From: a virus
Reading direction: 5' to 3' (one strand)
Length of the DNA: 64,000 nt
Virus record (IMG/VR): IMGVR_UViG_3300025085_002722
Location: 32,001-96,000 of that record
How positions within the stretch are numbered: the first letter of the stretch is position 1; each line of letters begins with the position of its first letter. Below the pieces are notes generated by a model. The model ran no database searches. It saw only the letters and a program-made list of their open reading frames with translations, and had not been told where the DNA came from. Shown here in pieces: positions 10,301 to 22,486 of the stretch. Both the position numbers and the translations under genes were made by a program.

Positions 10301-13300
10301 GAACAGCAGATTTGGCTTCACATAGTGATTTAGAACGTTGGAATAATACTATGGACAGGATTGTAAAATTAGAAAGTGAACTAACATCAAGCGATAAAAC
10401 ATATAATTTTTTTAGTGCGTATGACGACTATATTTTAGGTGTTATACATTTAGATAGATATTATTCTTGGAAAGAAAACAACGGACCTACGCAACATGCT
10501 GTTTTGAAAAACTTACACAAAGAAAGATTTGCATCAATTAAAAAATTCTTATCAGAATTTGATAAAGTATTCCGCAAAGAAGGCTTCTTGGATTTAAAAG
10601 CAGAAATACAAGCAAAAAATACATTAGATAGAAGAAATAGAGACTTTGAAAAGAATGTCAGAGATAATTCAAAAGGAAAACTAAACATACCAAGTCACAG
10701 TTGGATGTACATAGACAAAGACTTTTTTGATACAATAACAGATAAAAGTTATGGTGATAGAGAAGCATATTTAGATAATCATATAGACAACTTTAACAAA
10801 AATGTAAACAATACCAAAGTGTATGTTATACCTTCAAGTCACTGGAGTGATGCCGAAGATGCCACAAACGGTTTAGAACTTATAGATACATTTGAAAAAA
10901 ACAAAAACTATTATCACACTTGGAGAAAGAAAAATTATAAACGAGTAATCAACAAATTCCAGAACACATATGGGTATAGTTGGAAAAATTTAACCGACAA
11001 CGAAAAGTTTTATTCAGGCAACGGAGACTTGTATGCAAAACTCAAAGACATTGGTATCGAAATCACTCACAAAGGCGACAGTAGAAAAGGTGCACCTGGT
11101 CAAACAGATTTACTGTCAGACGAATTAACTAAGAATCCTACCAGCGGTGAACCACTAAACAGAAGTAGTGCAACAAGTTGGTCATTGAACAACGACGAAG
11201 CAAGCCAAAAACAATTTGATGCATTTGATTGGGAACAGTACCCAGCAAAAATGAAAGATATTGTTGCTAAGGTTATGAAGCAAGATCGATATGGTAGTTT
11301 TAAAGTAGCATTAGAAGATGTACTTAGAAAAGTTTTAGATGGTAAAGTGTCAATAGACAAAGAAGATTTAGGAAGACCTATAGACAGAATGGCGAATGCG
11401 GCAGGCATTGAAACAGACGATGGTGGTTCCTCAAACGGTATAGCAAGTAAAACAAATTGGAAAACTTTATCAGACTACTTAAAGATTGAAAGAGGTGTAA
11501 ATGATCAAGGTCCAAACTTACTTTTAAAAGTTTATAATCAATTTGATGGCAATCACGAATGGAGACCTCAAGAAACCGACGAGGATGGTAGAGACGTAAT
11601 TGGATTAAAAAGATGGGCCGCCGCAGTTAAAGAAGCAGAAAAATATATCAGAGACAACTACAATGTAAGTGGAGGAAACTACTTTAGAAAGAATGTAGAT
11701 GGCAGTGACGGCGACAATGTAAGCAGTATGTATAGTAATAATACAATATCAACATCACCAGAAAATGAGTTTGATTCAGATTACGACAAAGCCAGAGCAG
11801 ACCATCCAGGCTTTGATAGAATGATGAATCGTGGTATGCAAAATTACTTAGCACGTGGCGAAGTAAATGACCTAGTAGGATTTTTAAACAATCCAGACAA
11901 TGATAATGTTTTCAAATCGCAGGTTTTAAATACTATAACGAATCGAGGTGATATGGAAAACGGTCCTTTTGCTACTTTCCAAGATGCATTAGCAGTTACT
12001 CGTAGACAAGGCAATGAAAGTGTATTTGATAAATTTGATGCATTGCCTTTACAAGAACAGTTGCGTATTATAAATCAATCAAATGTATTAGAAAAATTTA
12101 CTGAAAGAAAATTATCTAAAGATGAAAAAGAAGACAAAGAAAAATACGTCAAAGGCATGAAGAAAAACAAAAAAGGTTTCAAAAAAAGATATGGAGATGA
12201 CGCAGAAGCAGTAATGTATGCAACCGCAACTAAGATGGCAAAGGAAAATAAAATAAATACTAATATGAAAAATGTTTTTGAACAGTTTGAAAATTTATCA
12301 CTAGAAAAGCAATTAGAAATATTGCACAGTCCTGTAGTAGAAGGATTTTTCAGTGACGTAGATGTTGACATGAGAGAGTTGTCATACAAAGCATTTGCTA
12401 AAAAATATCCAGAATACGCACATTTACATCCTGGTGCAGAAGAGTTATCTACAAAGCCAATCAAAATGAAAAAAGCACCTTACAATAAAGAACAGCATAT
12501 CAAGAACACATTTGCTAAATTTAAAAGAGACCACGGCGAAGCAAAAGCAAAAATAATGTTGGATAAAATGATGCAGAGAGGATACTTTGATAAGGACATG
12601 TCAGAAAGTTTACTGGGCATTGATATTTTAACCAGAACTAAAAAACTCACAGAAAATATGCCTAACAATAATAAATTAGCAATACTAAGAAGATTACTGT
12701 CAAGAACTTTTCCTGTAGGTGACTTAGATATGCAATTCCAAGCATATTTAGCCTTGCCAATACCAAAAATGATGACAGCATTTAGTCAATTAAAAAGCAT
12801 AAAAGGACCAGATGCATGTGCAAGGGATATACTTAGGCATTATGCAAAAAATAGATTACCAGATGCAGAAGTAAAGCAACTTGATCTCAATGAAAGTTAT
12901 ATTAGAGAAGATGCAGATGAAGACAGATTAAACAGTATAATGACTGCATTAGAAAATAATCCAAGTTTTGCAAAACGAGTTTACAAAATGTTAAAACTTG
13001 ATAAAGAATCAGCAGACCATTTGGACATCGAAGATAGACTTAAAAATAATGACACCGGTAAGGAAAACGATCATAGAATTAACAAGAATATCATGAGACA
13101 ATTAGTTACCTCTTTAGAACAACTAGATCATGATTTTGATGAATTAAATTCATTTGTTGAAACTTACGGACACACAGATTATGTAAACACAGAATTATTA
13201 AACAAGTCTGGTGTATTTAAAATTTCAGATATGCTGGTTGGTAGCGACACAGTATCTAAAGAATTTATAGATGATCTTTATGAAAAATTATTTGACTTTA

Positions 13301-13974
13301 GAATTAATATTTCTGGATCAAACAGAGGGCCAGGTGAACTTGGATTATGTTTACTGTCACCTAATGTAGAACTTGCTTCGGTAGGTGATATCAAAGTTAA
13401 TGGCGAAGAAATAGAAGTTAAAGGTGAGGTATCGTCAGGTGGCGGTAGAATGGTTAACGGTATTGACGACTTTAAGTTTAGTGGATTAGCACAGGTCAAA
13501 TCACAACTAGTACCATTTTATGAAAAGCATGATATTCCAGAAGAATTAAGAATTTACAATTTAAAAGGTGCAGTTGGCGGAGGCCGTAATCAGGGTCAGG
13601 CTCATATACTAGATCAAGCACAACAATTAGAACAAGTAAAACAAGGTGTAGGTGCTGAATTTTTAAAATTAATTGTTAGCACATATCAATTTGTTATTGA
13701 CTCAGAAGAAGAAGCAGAATTAACAGGTTCATTTATGAATATGGATAAGACTAGGTTCTTAACACTTGTAGGATTAATGTCATTTAAAAATTATGCATAT
13801 ATGTTAAACAAAAAAGGATTCAATAGATTAATATTTTTAAATTGGAGATATGATAAAGTAGTAAATTGTACAACAGAAGAATTTCCAAAATACAGTGAGC
13901 ATTTAGCATTTACAAGTTTAGATATGGCAGACAGTCAAAATGGTCCAGCAGTACAGGTATCAGTGTTAAAATGA
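7306..13974 (+). CDS. Giant multidomain protein with a putative amidoligase (COOH-NH2 ligase type 2) domain and a C-terminal PD-(D/E)xK-like domain
   Basis: GFEAE...DSSI...GAELISP...TNNSTGLHV...VEFRIAGG amidoligase motifs; C-terminal GPGE...[13 protein letters not shown]. Confidence 0.7.
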   Translation: MKLADLYEYNKGIQDPNSNAKQSNKNDDEMELEPFTPDQEKEVAKGFKALGAKLGQPIQNPKMAAKGINKAIQGDKPTPQQLQSKLPIDVQLTKAMQTPALRNQLANILKKANQIDIDENTLAKKILKKLTGKKALTKFKRRSKLLKEADPTLCEINFNKKEIVKGSLELPIKCGFEAETFFYSVESSGASDDVDNMSISDIEYEYGDMPDSAYEDYQSWLYTKGQDEYLDDLITDKVNEVKEDEDWLNEFIDSSDGPSSEAIEQYKKDFEDADPKEYENREEDGWEYMNWVREYVEEEYENEYLIWLEDAVREDSDLDQEAKELAEGDYSMDDWVNDTYDYMSSFLDDYGFDYSRSGGDVEGVADELNNWIKDNSKFTDYPDSGEYGETNTTTAWSVETDSSIDPDEGAGAELISPVFDSPRDMLEEMKSLFDWSETNFGTNNSTGLHVTMSWHGKNPDTVQDEDGEFWGDEPSGPNKLKMALLLGDEYLLAEFGRLKNSYTKSQYNNVLKHAEGMKRGEAKSFKEFEKILTKGIDTGKFNSIHFKNEKDRIAGTNLVEFRIAGGANYNEMYEKVVKAVIRYATIMQAGYEKDAYKRDYVNAVFRLLRKSQEIDPKRLKALSVVNHEVIDSAKNIVGKKDYFDVINFLSNSVESLRYYEELSKPGADKEWLKSVKEYEKNTGTKLDIKEVEEREPIEGYLQPDRIRPSKGAASELKKAQEKFASAVTIIARDIADGNNRSTVSAKDIGAFRKYANLVKLDDKELEKIVMTKMDDFNWGDPDKSNINRLKKGIDTLFKRNIISEPEYLTPQDADRIATGMWQFYQTDDVKDNAKTDKLAELFMQLNPKNDKPNVVDILKDLMHERQQNGFSAKLKGSGWNTGITLIGTGKITTPGASAELLKFLEPYSGYKHPTGKQHHINIKSDDPYASVFDMRLRQRLRERLVHIRELETDDPEKATKLQQQLVKIGLELLEGLKPRPDLWDEDDDGFAQIRRGNDGTADLASHSDLERWNNTMDRIVKLESELTSSDKTYNFFSAYDDYILGVIHLDRYYSWKENNGPTQHAVLKNLHKERFASIKKFLSEFDKVFRKEGFLDLKAEIQAKNTLDRRNRDFEKNVRDNSKGKLNIPSHSWMYIDKDFFDTITDKSYGDREAYLDNHIDNFNKNVNNTKVYVIPSSHWSDAEDATNGLELIDTFEKNKNYYHTWRKKNYKRVINKFQNTYGYSWKNLTDNEKFYSGNGDLYAKLKDIGIEITHKGDSRKGAPGQTDLLSDELTKNPTSGEPLNRSSATSWSLNNDEASQKQFDAFDWEQYPAKMKDIVAKVMKQDRYGSFKVALEDVLRKVLDGKVSIDKEDLGRPIDRMANAAGIETDDGGSSNGIASKTNWKTLSDYLKIERGVNDQGPNLLLKVYNQFDGNHEWRPQETDEDGRDVIGLKRWAAAVKEAEKYIRDNYNVSGGNYFRKNVDGSDGDNVSSMYSNNTISTSPENEFDSDYDKARADHPGFDRMMNRGMQNYLARGEVNDLVGFLNNPDNDNVFKSQVLNTITNRGDMENGPFATFQDALAVTRRQGNESVFDKFDALPLQEQLRIINQSNVLEKFTERKLSKDEKEDKEKYVKGMKKNKKGFKKRYGDDAEAVMYATATKMAKENKINTNMKNVFEQFENLSLEKQLEILHSPVVEGFFSDVDVDMRELSYKAFAKKYPEYAHLHPGAEELSTKPIKMKKAPYNKEQHIKNTFAKFKRDHGEAKAKIMLDKMMQRGYFDKDMSESLLGIDILTRTKKLTENMPNNNKLAILRRLLSRTFPVGDLDMQFQAYLALPIPKMMTAFSQLKSIKGPDACARDILRHYAKNRLPDAEVKQLDLNESYIREDADEDRLNSIMTALENNPSFAKRVYKMLKLDKESADHLDIEDRLKNNDTGKENDHRINKNIMRQLVTSLEQLDHDFDELNSFVETYGHTDYVNTELLNKSGVFKISDMLVGSDTVSKEFIDDLYEKLFDFRINISGSNRGPGELGLCLLSPNVELASVGDIKVNGEEIEVKGEVSSGGGRMVNGIDDFKFSGLAQVKSQLVPFYEKHDIPEELRIYNLKGAVGGGRNQGQAHILDQAQQLEQVKQGVGAEFLKLIVSTYQFVIDSEEEAELTGSFMNMDKTRFLTLVGLMSFKNYAYMLNKKGFNRLIFLNWRYDKVVNCTTEEFPKYSEHLAFTSLDMADSQNGPAVQVSVLK

Positions 13975-15791
13975 GATTATACGAAGTAACTAAACCTGGA
14001 CAATGCCCAAGAACAAAAGCAACCGAATGCAGTTGCGAAAGGCTAAGGCAATTATCAGAAGCAGAAAAGCCTATAAAAGCAGTTGCAGTACTAGAACACG
14101 GCGATGCTAAAGGCATAATTAATTTTGTACAAAAGCCAGGTAAAGCAACAATTATTAGCGGTACTATTAGCGGTTTAACAGAAGGGTTACATGGATTTCA
14201 CATACACGAATTTGGTGATCTCAGTGATGGGTGCGATAGTGCAGGTGGTCATTATAATCCGCATGGTGTCGATCACGGCGATGTAGATAATGGACATATA
14301 GGCGACTTAGGAAATATAGAAGCCAACAGCAAAGGTGTAGCAGAATTTAAAATAAAATCCAAAACAATTCAATTACAAGGTGCTACAAGCATAGTTGGTA
14401 GAGCAGTTGTAGTACACGAAGACGAGGACGATTTAGGTAAAGGTGGTGACGAAGAAAGTTTAAAAACAGGCAACGCAGGTAACAGAGCAGGCTGTGGTGT
14501 AATAACATTATCTGAATTAACAGAATCAGCAATAGCAGATTTAGATAAAAATATAAGCGACAAACATTTCAAAAGAAATGAAATGCCGCAAGTTAAAGAA
14601 CCAGATTTAATAGATAATGAAATACCTTACAAAAAAGGCAAAATAAGTATAGTAAATATCAAACCAGTTCAAACAGATAGAGTACCAGGATTAGCACAAA
14701 AAGTTGCAAAAAACTTTCACGGCAAAGACAAGCCTTTTATACTAGACAAAAACAATTACTTAGTTAACGGACATCATAGATATGATGCGGCTAGATTACT
14801 GGGCATAGAAAAAGTAGATGCAATTAAAGTAGATGTGCCAATTGAATTATTAATGAAAAAATTTAGCCATACAACTAGTGATGCAATGGTCGAACATTTA
14901 AGTGACAAAGCATCGACACCAGAGATACATAACAAAGCATTACAAATGGCCAAAGATGCATACAGAAAGTCTAATGAGCAAATATCATTTACTAAATTAT
15001 ATGATAAAGCATTAGAAATTTTAGAACCTGCAAAAGTAGACGAAAACTTTGCAGACGGTAAGAAGAAAGGTAAAAGTCGTCCAGGCAGAGTTAAAAAAGC
15101 AGGAGCCAGTTGTAAAGGTTCTGTAACAAGTTTAAGAGCAAAGGCTAAAAAGTATAGTGGTGAACGTGGTAAAATGTATCACTGGTGTGCTAACATGAAA
15201 GGTGGCAAGAAAAAGAAAAATGAATCATTATTAGTATCAACATTTGATAATGAGTTTGTGAAAAAAGCAAAAGAATTATACAACGCAGGCCAACAAGGTC
15301 AATTGATTAGACACATATATAAATTTTCTAAAGAAAATTCAGAAAGAATACATCAAAAACCAGAACTGAAAAAGATGCTACAAGATATTTTTTATGAAGT
15401 ATCAGATAATTTTCAAGACGAGGATCAAATAGAAGAACTGCTATTCATAATAGATGATACATTGAGCAACCCAGTCAATGAATCAGCATTTGAAAATTTA
15501 AAATTACCAACTTGGATATCACATACCAGTTTAGAAAAATTATTTGCACAAGAGTACGGTCCTAGATACGGTGACTATGTTGCACATATGGATCTAGACA
15601 GTGACGACGACTTGGCAATGAATGCCAGTGGCATGGGCGATATGGCTTTTGAAATGGTTAAAGCAAATGACATTAAAGTTATGCAAAAATTCTTAGCACA
15701 AATGCCTGTGCAGTTCACAGTAGATGACCTTAGATTAGATAAAGGTATTCAAGTTTGGCATCTAGTTCAACAAAACAAAACGGTACATTAA
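13971..15791 (+). CDS. sodC: Cu/Zn superoxide dismutase fused to a ParB/Srx-like domain and further modules
   Basis: [27 protein letters not shown] and [13 protein letters not shown] motifs; LVNGHHRY ParB-like motif. Confidence 0.88.
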   Translation: MRLYEVTKPGQCPRTKATECSCERLRQLSEAEKPIKAVAVLEHGDAKGIINFVQKPGKATIISGTISGLTEGLHGFHIHEFGDLSDGCDSAGGHYNPHGVDHGDVDNGHIGDLGNIEANSKGVAEFKIKSKTIQLQGATSIVGRAVVVHEDEDDLGKGGDEESLKTGNAGNRAGCGVITLSELTESAIADLDKNISDKHFKRNEMPQVKEPDLIDNEIPYKKGKISIVNIKPVQTDRVPGLAQKVAKNFHGKDKPFILDKNNYLVNGHHRYDAARLLGIEKVDAIKVDVPIELLMKKFSHTTSDAMVEHLSDKASTPEIHNKALQMAKDAYRKSNEQISFTKLYDKALEILEPAKVDENFADGKKKGKSRPGRVKKAGASCKGSVTSLRAKAKKYSGERGKMYHWCANMKGGKKKKNESLLVSTFDNEFVKKAKELYNAGQQGQLIRHIYKFSKENSERIHQKPELKKMLQDIFYEVSDNFQDEDQIEELLFIIDDTLSNPVNESAFENLKLPTWISHTSLEKLFAQEYGPRYGDYVAHMDLDSDDDLAMNASGMGDMAFEMVKANDIKVMQKFLAQMPVQFTVDDLRLDKGIQVWHLVQQNKTVH

Positions 15792-15811
15792 ATATTCAAT
15801 AAATATGTACT

Positions 15812-17269
15812 ATGCAAATAGTACATCACCCTAATTGGTACAGAGATTTTTTAGAAGACATGGCCCGCAGAGGCCCAACTCACTTAAGAGATGCCAGTCA
15901 GCATTGTCCAGTAGATAATACAATCAATAGTTTTACACACTTCTACGGAGATAAAAGTTTTATCAAACCAAGAGATCAAATCGACGAATCCAAAAGTTTC
16001 TTTTATTTAATAAGTATCGATTGCTGTGATGATGACAGTATTGCAGAATTAATTTACTTTGGTAGAGAATTAGTAAATCAAAATTTAGTTAGACCTTACA
16101 TAACACAAGAAGCAATAGATGATCTAAATAATTTTCACAACTGTGGATTAATTATTGAAAATGCGGCAGAAGGACATGCCAGTGACAAACTATTTGATGC
16201 ATTGCATGTGTTAGTAAGTCAGGTTGGCATACCATTTGAAAAAACATATTACACCAACAGCACACAAAATCTAAGAGATATGTATGACAGATACTTGCTC
16301 AATAAACCTTATGCAACCATAGACAAAATTAAAATGTTTAACTGCGGTGGCTGGAATGAATTAGTATGTCAGCAAATGCTCGATGATAATTATCAAATAG
16401 AAAAAGATGAAGACATGTGCGAGTTTAGAGCAGAAAATCTTATCGACTCTGATGAACCATGGAGTTTATCTGTAGAATGCACAAAGCAACTAGAACATAT
16501 TAGAGAAGATGTTAATAAACCGCATTTATTTTTATATAAACATATGAACGCAAAGCGAGGCTTTAGGACTTTGTTTTTAGCATTACTACACAAAGAACAC
16601 TTACTTGATAATAATTTATTTAGTACTCCTGAAGAATGGAGAGGTACACAAAGTAGTGCTGTAAAATACATAAATTCTATTACATGGGACAGGAATTGGG
16701 CAGAGGGGTTTGAAGAACTTTATCCAACATTGTTAAATGTAAAAGGAAAAATACCTACTTATATTGATAGAGAACACAATCATTTAGACTTTGATCCTAA
16801 CACAAATTTTAGTAGCGACAATTATATGTATTACAATGCTAGAAGAAATTGTGATATAGAAATTGTCGGTGAAAGCGAATTCGAAGGTTCTATATTTTTA
16901 ACAGAAAAGTTTCTAAAAGCAATCATATTTAAACAACCCTTTATGATTTTAGGTTCACCTAACAGTTGGACTAAAATTAAAGAAATGGGTTACATATCAT
17001 ACGAGCCGTACATTAAAGAATCATATGATAAAAACGAAGATGAATTGCAACGCATGAATGAAATGATTCAAGAAATAAAACGTTTAAGAGATTTGAAACG
17101 TGACAAACACGCATGGAAAGATTGGTTAGAAGGCATCAATAGAATTGCTGTACAGAATTATAATATATATTTAAATAATTTAATACGTCGTGTGAGAATG
17201 ACCACCTTAGATGATTATGTAGCAGGCACAGGTGAATTAGTAATTCCAATGCAAGAGTTAGGCGATTAA
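15812..17269 (+). CDS. Putative glycosyltransferase-like protein (TEK..K...PF family), paralog 1
   Basis: FLTEKFLKAIIFKQPFMILG...ESYD motif shared with three other ORFs here. Confidence 0.5.
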   Translation: MQIVHHPNWYRDFLEDMARRGPTHLRDASQHCPVDNTINSFTHFYGDKSFIKPRDQIDESKSFFYLISIDCCDDDSIAELIYFGRELVNQNLVRPYITQEAIDDLNNFHNCGLIIENAAEGHASDKLFDALHVLVSQVGIPFEKTYYTNSTQNLRDMYDRYLLNKPYATIDKIKMFNCGGWNELVCQQMLDDNYQIEKDEDMCEFRAENLIDSDEPWSLSVECTKQLEHIREDVNKPHLFLYKHMNAKRGFRTLFLALLHKEHLLDNNLFSTPEEWRGTQSSAVKYINSITWDRNWAEGFEELYPTLLNVKGKIPTYIDREHNHLDFDPNTNFSSDNYMYYNARRNCDIEIVGESEFEGSIFLTEKFLKAIIFKQPFMILGSPNSWTKIKEMGYISYEPYIKESYDKNEDELQRMNEMIQEIKRLRDLKRDKHAWKDWLEGINRIAVQNYNIYLNNLIRRVRMTTLDDYVAGTGELVIPMQELGD

Positions 17270-17283
17270 AGATAAATACATGT

Positions 17284-17439
17284 ATGCGTATAAAAGAGGT
17301 TGACACAAACATAGATTCGTTCTATAATAGTATCAATGAAACAGTAGCAGGTGCTATTGGTGGTGTTGCGATGCCTCTATTTAAAGAACCAATCAAACGC
17401 AAGCCTAGTAAAAAGAAGAAGAAAAAGAAAAATGCGTAG
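17284..17439 (+). CDS. Small protein not in the ORF track (MRIKEVDTNIDSFYNSINETVAGAIGGVAMPLF...KKKNA)
   Basis: Translated by hand; ATAAATA 5 nt before ATG; stop overlaps the next start region. Confidence 0.7.
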   Translation: MRIKEVDTNIDSFYNSINETVAGAIGGVAMPLFKEPIKRKPSKKKKKKKNA

Positions 17440-17653
17440 CATAGACAGTAAATACGGATTAACATACATAATGGGCGATGAGATCTCATTTTGTGAAACA
17501 TTAAAAGAGTTTGGAACATATTATAAAAGCAAAATGAATGAAAGACAGGTTCAAATTGCTGAAGATTTAAGAAAAAGAGAGATAATTAAACTAGTAAAAC
17601 TCAAAGATGGACAAACCGGATATAAACTCTATGCATCAACTAAACGAATCTGA
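17432..17653 (+). CDS. Hypothetical protein
   Basis: ATG at 17432 (MRSIDSK) preferred over the track GTG at 17351. Confidence 0.7.
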   Translation: MRSIDSKYGLTYIMGDEISFCETLKEFGTYYKSKMNERQVQIAEDLRKREIIKLVKLKDGQTGYKLYASTKRI

Positions 17654-18050
17654 TTTAAAATCTCAGTTACAAGACATTCTAAGTGGTATTATTTCCACAC
17701 TAGATATCTACGAAGTTATAGATAATGGCGACACATATGACATTGTAAACTTAAAGAACAATGACATTGTGGTTGAAAATATACATCTTAATGTTGTAGC
17801 AGACATATTATCCGCGGCTATGAATACAGGCGAAGAACTAAATATTTCTACTATTGATAAGATACTAGAAATCGAAAGATATGCTGTATCTAAAATGGTC
17901 GAAGTCAAAATTTATGAAGAATTATCAGATAATGCTTCAAGTGTAGACAAATTAGCAATATATGAAACAAAATTAACTGAAGCAGAACATAAATCCCAAC
18001 ACGCAATTACTAATTTACTAAATTATTGCCAACTGTTAATCTCCATATAA
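17607..18050 (+). CDS. Hypothetical protein (start may be 17631)
   Basis: ORF within a co-directional operon. Confidence 0.7.
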   Translation: MDKPDINSMHQLNESDLKSQLQDILSGIISTLDIYEVIDNGDTYDIVNLKNNDIVVENIHLNVVADILSAAMNTGEELNISTIDKILEIERYAVSKMVEVKIYEELSDNASSVDKLAIYETKLTEAEHKSQHAITNLLNYCQLLISI

Positions 18051-18091
18051 TTATACTTCTTTGATAAATATAACTATTAGAAGGGACTACT

Positions 18092-19297
18092 ATGGAAGTA
18101 AAACATTTAAATTCAGATAACTTAACTAGATTAGGTAAAATACAAAATTACCTAACAGAAAATTATGACATCAACGTCAAAAAAGTTTTACCTAAGCAGA
18201 AGTTAGAACAAGCATATCAAAATGTTGAAAAAAGACTTGTAAATTTAAGAAATAAAAGCAACAAGTTTCAACAAGATCCTAACTATGGTATGAATATTAT
18301 GGTTAGAGATGCATTAGGCATTATGATAAACGAAGGACTATACTACGAAGGTGAAACATATCGCAGACTAATGGATGAACTGTATGAATACAGTTGTCAA
18401 CTTGCAGAAAGCGGCGATGATTATGATACTGTTATGGACAGTTGCAACAAAAAGTATGAGGCTATGCCTGCCAGATATCCAAAGGATATGATACTGGCCG
18501 CTCTTGCTGAAAGACTTATGCCTATGTTTGATGGCTCAATGGCAGTTGAAGAAGACATGGAAGACGAAATACTGGACGTTATTGACGAACCAGAAGTAAA
18601 AATTGATGTAGACAATTCAGAAGAAATCCCTTCAAACTTTGAGTCTGCAACAGAAGAAATGTTAGCAGAATTAATAGGCGATCATTTAAACAAAGGTGAT
18701 TGGAGAGAATACACACTAGGCGAATTATTTGCAGAGTTAGAAAGTGTAGATATAGATAAAGCAAACAAGGTGGAAAAAATGGCAAAAAAATATGGAATTA
18801 CAGACTTAAAGGAAATGAAAGACTTTGAATCATTCTTAGACAATTTAGTAAGCGAAATGGTTTCAGAAGAAACTATTACTGAAGAAATTTCAGGTACTAG
18901 TGTCGAAGAAGCAGAAGTTGTTATGGCGGCAAGAGCATTAAGCAACGACATCCAAGATCACATTGAAAGAATTGGTAGAATGGCAAACGAGGATATACCT
19001 TCAATTGCTGATTCAATGGCACATGAATTTGGTGCACAAAAAGCCGCAGATTTCAAAAATCAAATGGAAGGTTTACTAAGTTCATTATTAGACGCAAACA
19101 AATCATCTAAAGAAGGTGTTGATGCACTTATTGGTACAATGACTGGAGAAGAGTCAGCCGCACCAATGCCAGCAGAAGACCCACTAGCAGGTGACATGAT
19201 GGAACCAGCAATAGACGAACCAGTAGACGATTTTGCTGGTGCAGATGCTGAAGCAGGTCCTGAAGAAGAGCCACTAGGTAGAGCAGAAAAGATTTAA
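18092..19297 (+). CDS. Acidic late protein, possible head scaffold/core component
   Basis: Late promoter 18064-18070; highly acidic, helical composition. Function is inferred. Confidence 0.55.
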   Translation: MEVKHLNSDNLTRLGKIQNYLTENYDINVKKVLPKQKLEQAYQNVEKRLVNLRNKSNKFQQDPNYGMNIMVRDALGIMINEGLYYEGETYRRLMDELYEYSCQLAESGDDYDTVMDSCNKKYEAMPARYPKDMILAALAERLMPMFDGSMAVEEDMEDEILDVIDEPEVKIDVDNSEEIPSNFESATEEMLAELIGDHLNKGDWREYTLGELFAELESVDIDKANKVEKMAKKYGITDLKEMKDFESFLDNLVSEMVSEETITEEISGTSVEEAEVVMAARALSNDIQDHIERIGRMANEDIPSIADSMAHEFGAQKAADFKNQMEGLLSSLLDANKSSKEGVDALIGTMTGEESAAPMPAEDPLAGDMMEPAIDEPVDDFAGADAEAGPEEEPLGRAEKI

Positions 19298-19299
19298 TT

Positions 19300-19656
19300 A
19301 TGAGGTTTACGGACTTTGCAATCACAGAATCTGACATGGATGATGTAAAGTCTGATGTGGAAGAACTGGTAATTAATAAAATTGAAAGCAATGTAAAGAG
19401 TGCAAGCCTAGACGCATTTGTAGAAGAAGTAAATGAACTAGGAATAGGTATTTCTAAATCAATGCTTAGATTAATTTTAGAATCTCCAGAGTTTCAAAAC
19501 TTAATTGCAAACGTAAGCAATTCAGAAATAGAATTTAATTTACCTGGCAATGTACCAGACGAAATGGTACCAGAGCCAGAAGATATGGAAAATAATGTTT
19601 CCAATCTAGCAACATCGGCCGCTAACAAAGGCATAGGAGACGAACTTAATGTCTGA
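19300..19656 (+). CDS. Hypothetical acidic protein (MRFTDFAITE N-terminus)
   Basis: 118 aa ORF. Confidence 0.75.
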   Translation: MRFTDFAITESDMDDVKSDVEELVINKIESNVKSASLDAFVEEVNELGIGISKSMLRLILESPEFQNLIANVSNSEIEFNLPGNVPDEMVPEPEDMENNVSNLATSAANKGIGDELNV

Positions 19657-19972
19657 TAGTATTTTTATAAACGCAACAGAGGCTCGAAGAAGAAGTCGCG
19701 ATAGTGTTATTATACTGAACGAAGTTAGAGCACTCGAGGCTAACGTACTAGCAAATATCAGTGCTGGTTCACTCCAATTACTACAATCAACAGGAACAAC
19801 AATGACCGGTAATACTTCTTATTACCAAGCCTACAATGGCATCACAACTAATACCACAATCACTGACCAGATTAATACGGTCAAGAAACATTTCACTGAC
19901 AAAGGATATTCGGTAAATATTAGCACTAACGCATCAACCGGAAATACAATTCAGTGGACAATCAAGTGGTAA
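19649..19972 (+). CDS. Hypothetical, probable virion protein
   Basis: AGGAG SD; Thr/Ser/Asn-rich. Confidence 0.7.
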   Translation: MSDSIFINATEARRRSRDSVIILNEVRALEANVLANISAGSLQLLQSTGTTMTGNTSYYQAYNGITTNTTITDQINTVKKHFTDKGYSVNISTNASTGNTIQWTIKW

Positions 19973-20670
19973 CAGAAAGCCTTTTAGAAAACAAATACAA
20001 TTATCCCCAATTAAAAAGAGTAACAGCAAAGTCAGGGCAACGTCAATATACTGGCGATGATAATAATCCTGTTCCTAGTGTTACAACTATCCTTTCAGAT
20101 ACAGGAGACAAGACTGCTCTTATAGCCTGGCGTAAACGTGTAGGCGAAGCAGAAGCAACTAGAATCAGTACTGAAGCCGCAGGACTAGGTACCAAAGTAC
20201 ATAATGCATTAGAAAAGTATATTCTTGGAGAAGAGTGGAATACCTTTGGTAATAACCATGTGAGTATATTAGCAGAAAGTATGACAAACGAAATGGTTAA
20301 TAACGGACTAACAAAAATAGATGAACTGTGGGGTGTTGAAGTAGCCTTAATTGCAAAAGGCTTATACGCAGGTACAAGCGATGCTATAGGTATGTACGAG
20401 GGCGAAGAAGCAATTATTGACTTCAAGACTGCTAAAAAGATCAAGAAACGTGAGTGGATTGAAGATTATTTCCTACAAGGTTGTGCATACGCACTTGCAC
20501 ACAACGAAATGTTTGAAACAAAGATAAGAAAAGTAGTCATACTTATGGTTGATAGAGAATCTAAGTTTAAAGAATTCATTATTGAAGGCGAAGAATTCGA
20601 TAAGTACTGTGGTAAATGGGCCGAGAGATTGGCTGACTACTATGGTAAAGTCGATGCACAAAAAGTCTAG
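19954..20670 (+). CDS. PD-(D/E)xK exonuclease (phage exonuclease / Cas4-like fold)
   Basis: PSVTTIL, GTKVH, YAGTSD, IIDFKT and QGCAYA motifs. Confidence 0.88.
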   Translation: MDNQVVTESLLENKYNYPQLKRVTAKSGQRQYTGDDNNPVPSVTTILSDTGDKTALIAWRKRVGEAEATRISTEAAGLGTKVHNALEKYILGEEWNTFGNNHVSILAESMTNEMVNNGLTKIDELWGVEVALIAKGLYAGTSDAIGMYEGEEAIIDFKTAKKIKKREWIEDYFLQGCAYALAHNEMFETKIRKVVILMVDRESKFKEFIIEGEEFDKYCGKWAERLADYYGKVDAQKV

Positions 20671-20713
20671 CATCAGTTTATCTGCAAAGTAAACAAAAAA
20701 GATAAATAGTTGT

Positions 20714-22486
20714 ATGGCAGACAAAGAAATAATTATATCGCGAATGCAACAACGCAGAGGAAATCGCATAGATTTACCTCAACCTCTACGAGCAGGGGAA
20801 ATTGCATTAGCATCAGACAGCAAAGAAGTATTTATAGGCTTAGATCCTGAGATAGGCGTAACGGCTCAAAATGCAAATGTTGTAACTATAAACAACATAC
20901 CCGAAGGCTTTAATTATGCCAATTCATATTTAAATAATAATTTTATTAGACTTATTATGCCTAGTAAAAGATTCCCTACAGGCACTTTTAACGGTACTGC
21001 AAACAGTACAACGTTTACAGTTAAAGATGATAGCGGACAAGCACATGGTGAAAAAGTATTTAACGAAACAGTAACCGGAAATGCAAATACAAGTTTAAGT
21101 AATATTAAAAATGTATTTGACGGTAATGCATTCGAATCTACAGATTTTACAGGTGCAAAAAATGGTGTAGCATTAAGTACAAATGCAACAAGATCAACAG
21201 CAAACTTGCTTAATAATGAATTTTTTGTTTCTTCGCCAGTTAGTTCAGGACAAAATACAACAATAACATTTGGTAGTAATCCAACTGGCACAGATGATAT
21301 TACAATAAATTATTATAGTAATGCAGATATAATTAGTGCTATGTTTGACACAGGCGTCATAGGAACTACTTCAACAACGGGATTTTATGAAGCAAAAAGT
21401 GTTGCTAGTTTTAGACAATTTAATAATGCATATATTAGATCAGATTACGAAGTAGGTACAGCATTTATAGGTTTAGAAAATAAACATACAGAAGTTTTTG
21501 CAGATTCAGGCACAGTGGGTTCACCTGCCGGGTTAACATTAACTGATATAATTTTAGAAGCCGCACCTGACCTCACCGACCCATCCGCTAATGTTATTGC
21601 AGATATTGATTTAAGTAGTGCAAGTAATTTAGATCTAGTTGTCAGCACAATTAATAATGATGCAACATTTAGAGCAAGTAAAGTAGCAGGTACAGAAAAC
21701 CAATTCTTTATTTCATGTGATAGCCAGTTCCAAGTTAGATTTACTGATATTGCAGATGCTACAGCATTATCATTAACAAACAATGCAACCTACACCAAAG
21801 CAGACCATTCCATAAAAGGACAATTGGAAGACTGGATACATGACGCATTAAATGATGACGAATTTAATATGTTTGTTACTGCAGAAGTAGGTAATAAATT
21901 TAATTCAAATGCAACAAATGTTGGTCAGTACACCCCATCAACTAGCAGTGAAAACTTAACATTAACTTTTACAGGTAATCAAGAAGCAGAAAACTTTTCA
22001 ACAATAACAAATAAAATTTTTGGTGCTAGTGAAAATTCTGATATTACTGGACTAACAAATGTAAAAACAAACCAAAGACTATTAACACAAGATGACTATG
22101 CTGTATTATTAACAGGTTCTGCTAATTCATTATTCGAAGCAATAACAAAAAGTTGTCCAGCAGGCGCAACTGGTATTGTAACTTTTAGTGCAGTTGATGT
22201 AACTGCTGTGATCATAGAATATTCTGTAACAGCGGCTGGCGGTACAGGTAATGCATATTCTAGAACAGGTACATTACATCTTACAGCAAATCAAACTTTA
22301 CAAGATGCATCATTAAATGACACTGGTGCTGTAATGCAAAATGGATTCGGAACAACAACATTTGATTTAAGCACAACATATGATGATGGTACAAATACTT
22401 TTGTTTTAACAGCAACCAACAATTTAAGTGATGGCACAGCCAGAACCGCAACCTTTAAATACATAGTTAGGAAGTGGCTGGGATAA
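20714..22486 (+). CDS. Virion structural protein (baseplate/tail-associated type)
   Basis: N-terminal ISRMQQRRG...LPQPLRAGEIALASD; Thr/Asn-rich; late promoter. Confidence 0.65.
   Translation: MADKEIIISRMQQRRGNRIDLPQPLRAGEIALASDSKEVFIGLDPEIGVTAQNANVVTINNIPEGFNYANSYLNNNFIRLIMPSKRFPTGTFNGTANSTTFTVKDDSGQAHGEKVFNETVTGNANTSLSNIKNVFDGNAFESTDFTGAKNGVALSTNATRSTANLLNNEFFVSSPVSSGQNTTITFGSNPTGTDDITINYYSNADIISAMFDTGVIGTTSTTGFYEAKSVASFRQFNNAYIRSDYEVGTAFIGLENKHTEVFADSGTVGSPAGLTLTDIILEAAPDLTDPSANVIADIDLSSASNLDLVVSTINNDATFRASKVAGTENQFFISCDSQFQVRFTDIADATALSLTNNATYTKADHSIKGQLEDWIHDALNDDEFNMFVTAEVGNKFNSNATNVGQYTPSTSSENLTLTFTGNQEAENFSTITNKIFGASENSDITGLTNVKTNQRLLTQDDYAVLLTGSANSLFEAITKSCPAGATGIVTFSAVDVTAVIIEYSVTAAGGTGNAYSRTGTLHLTANQTLQDASLNDTGAVMQNGFGTTTFDLSTTYDDGTNTFVLTATNNLSDGTARTATFKYIVRKWLG

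Noticed and set aside
19954-20670. Cas4 as part of a CRISPR system
   Set aside because: No Fe-S cysteine cluster, other cas genes or array; it is a typical phage exonuclease.
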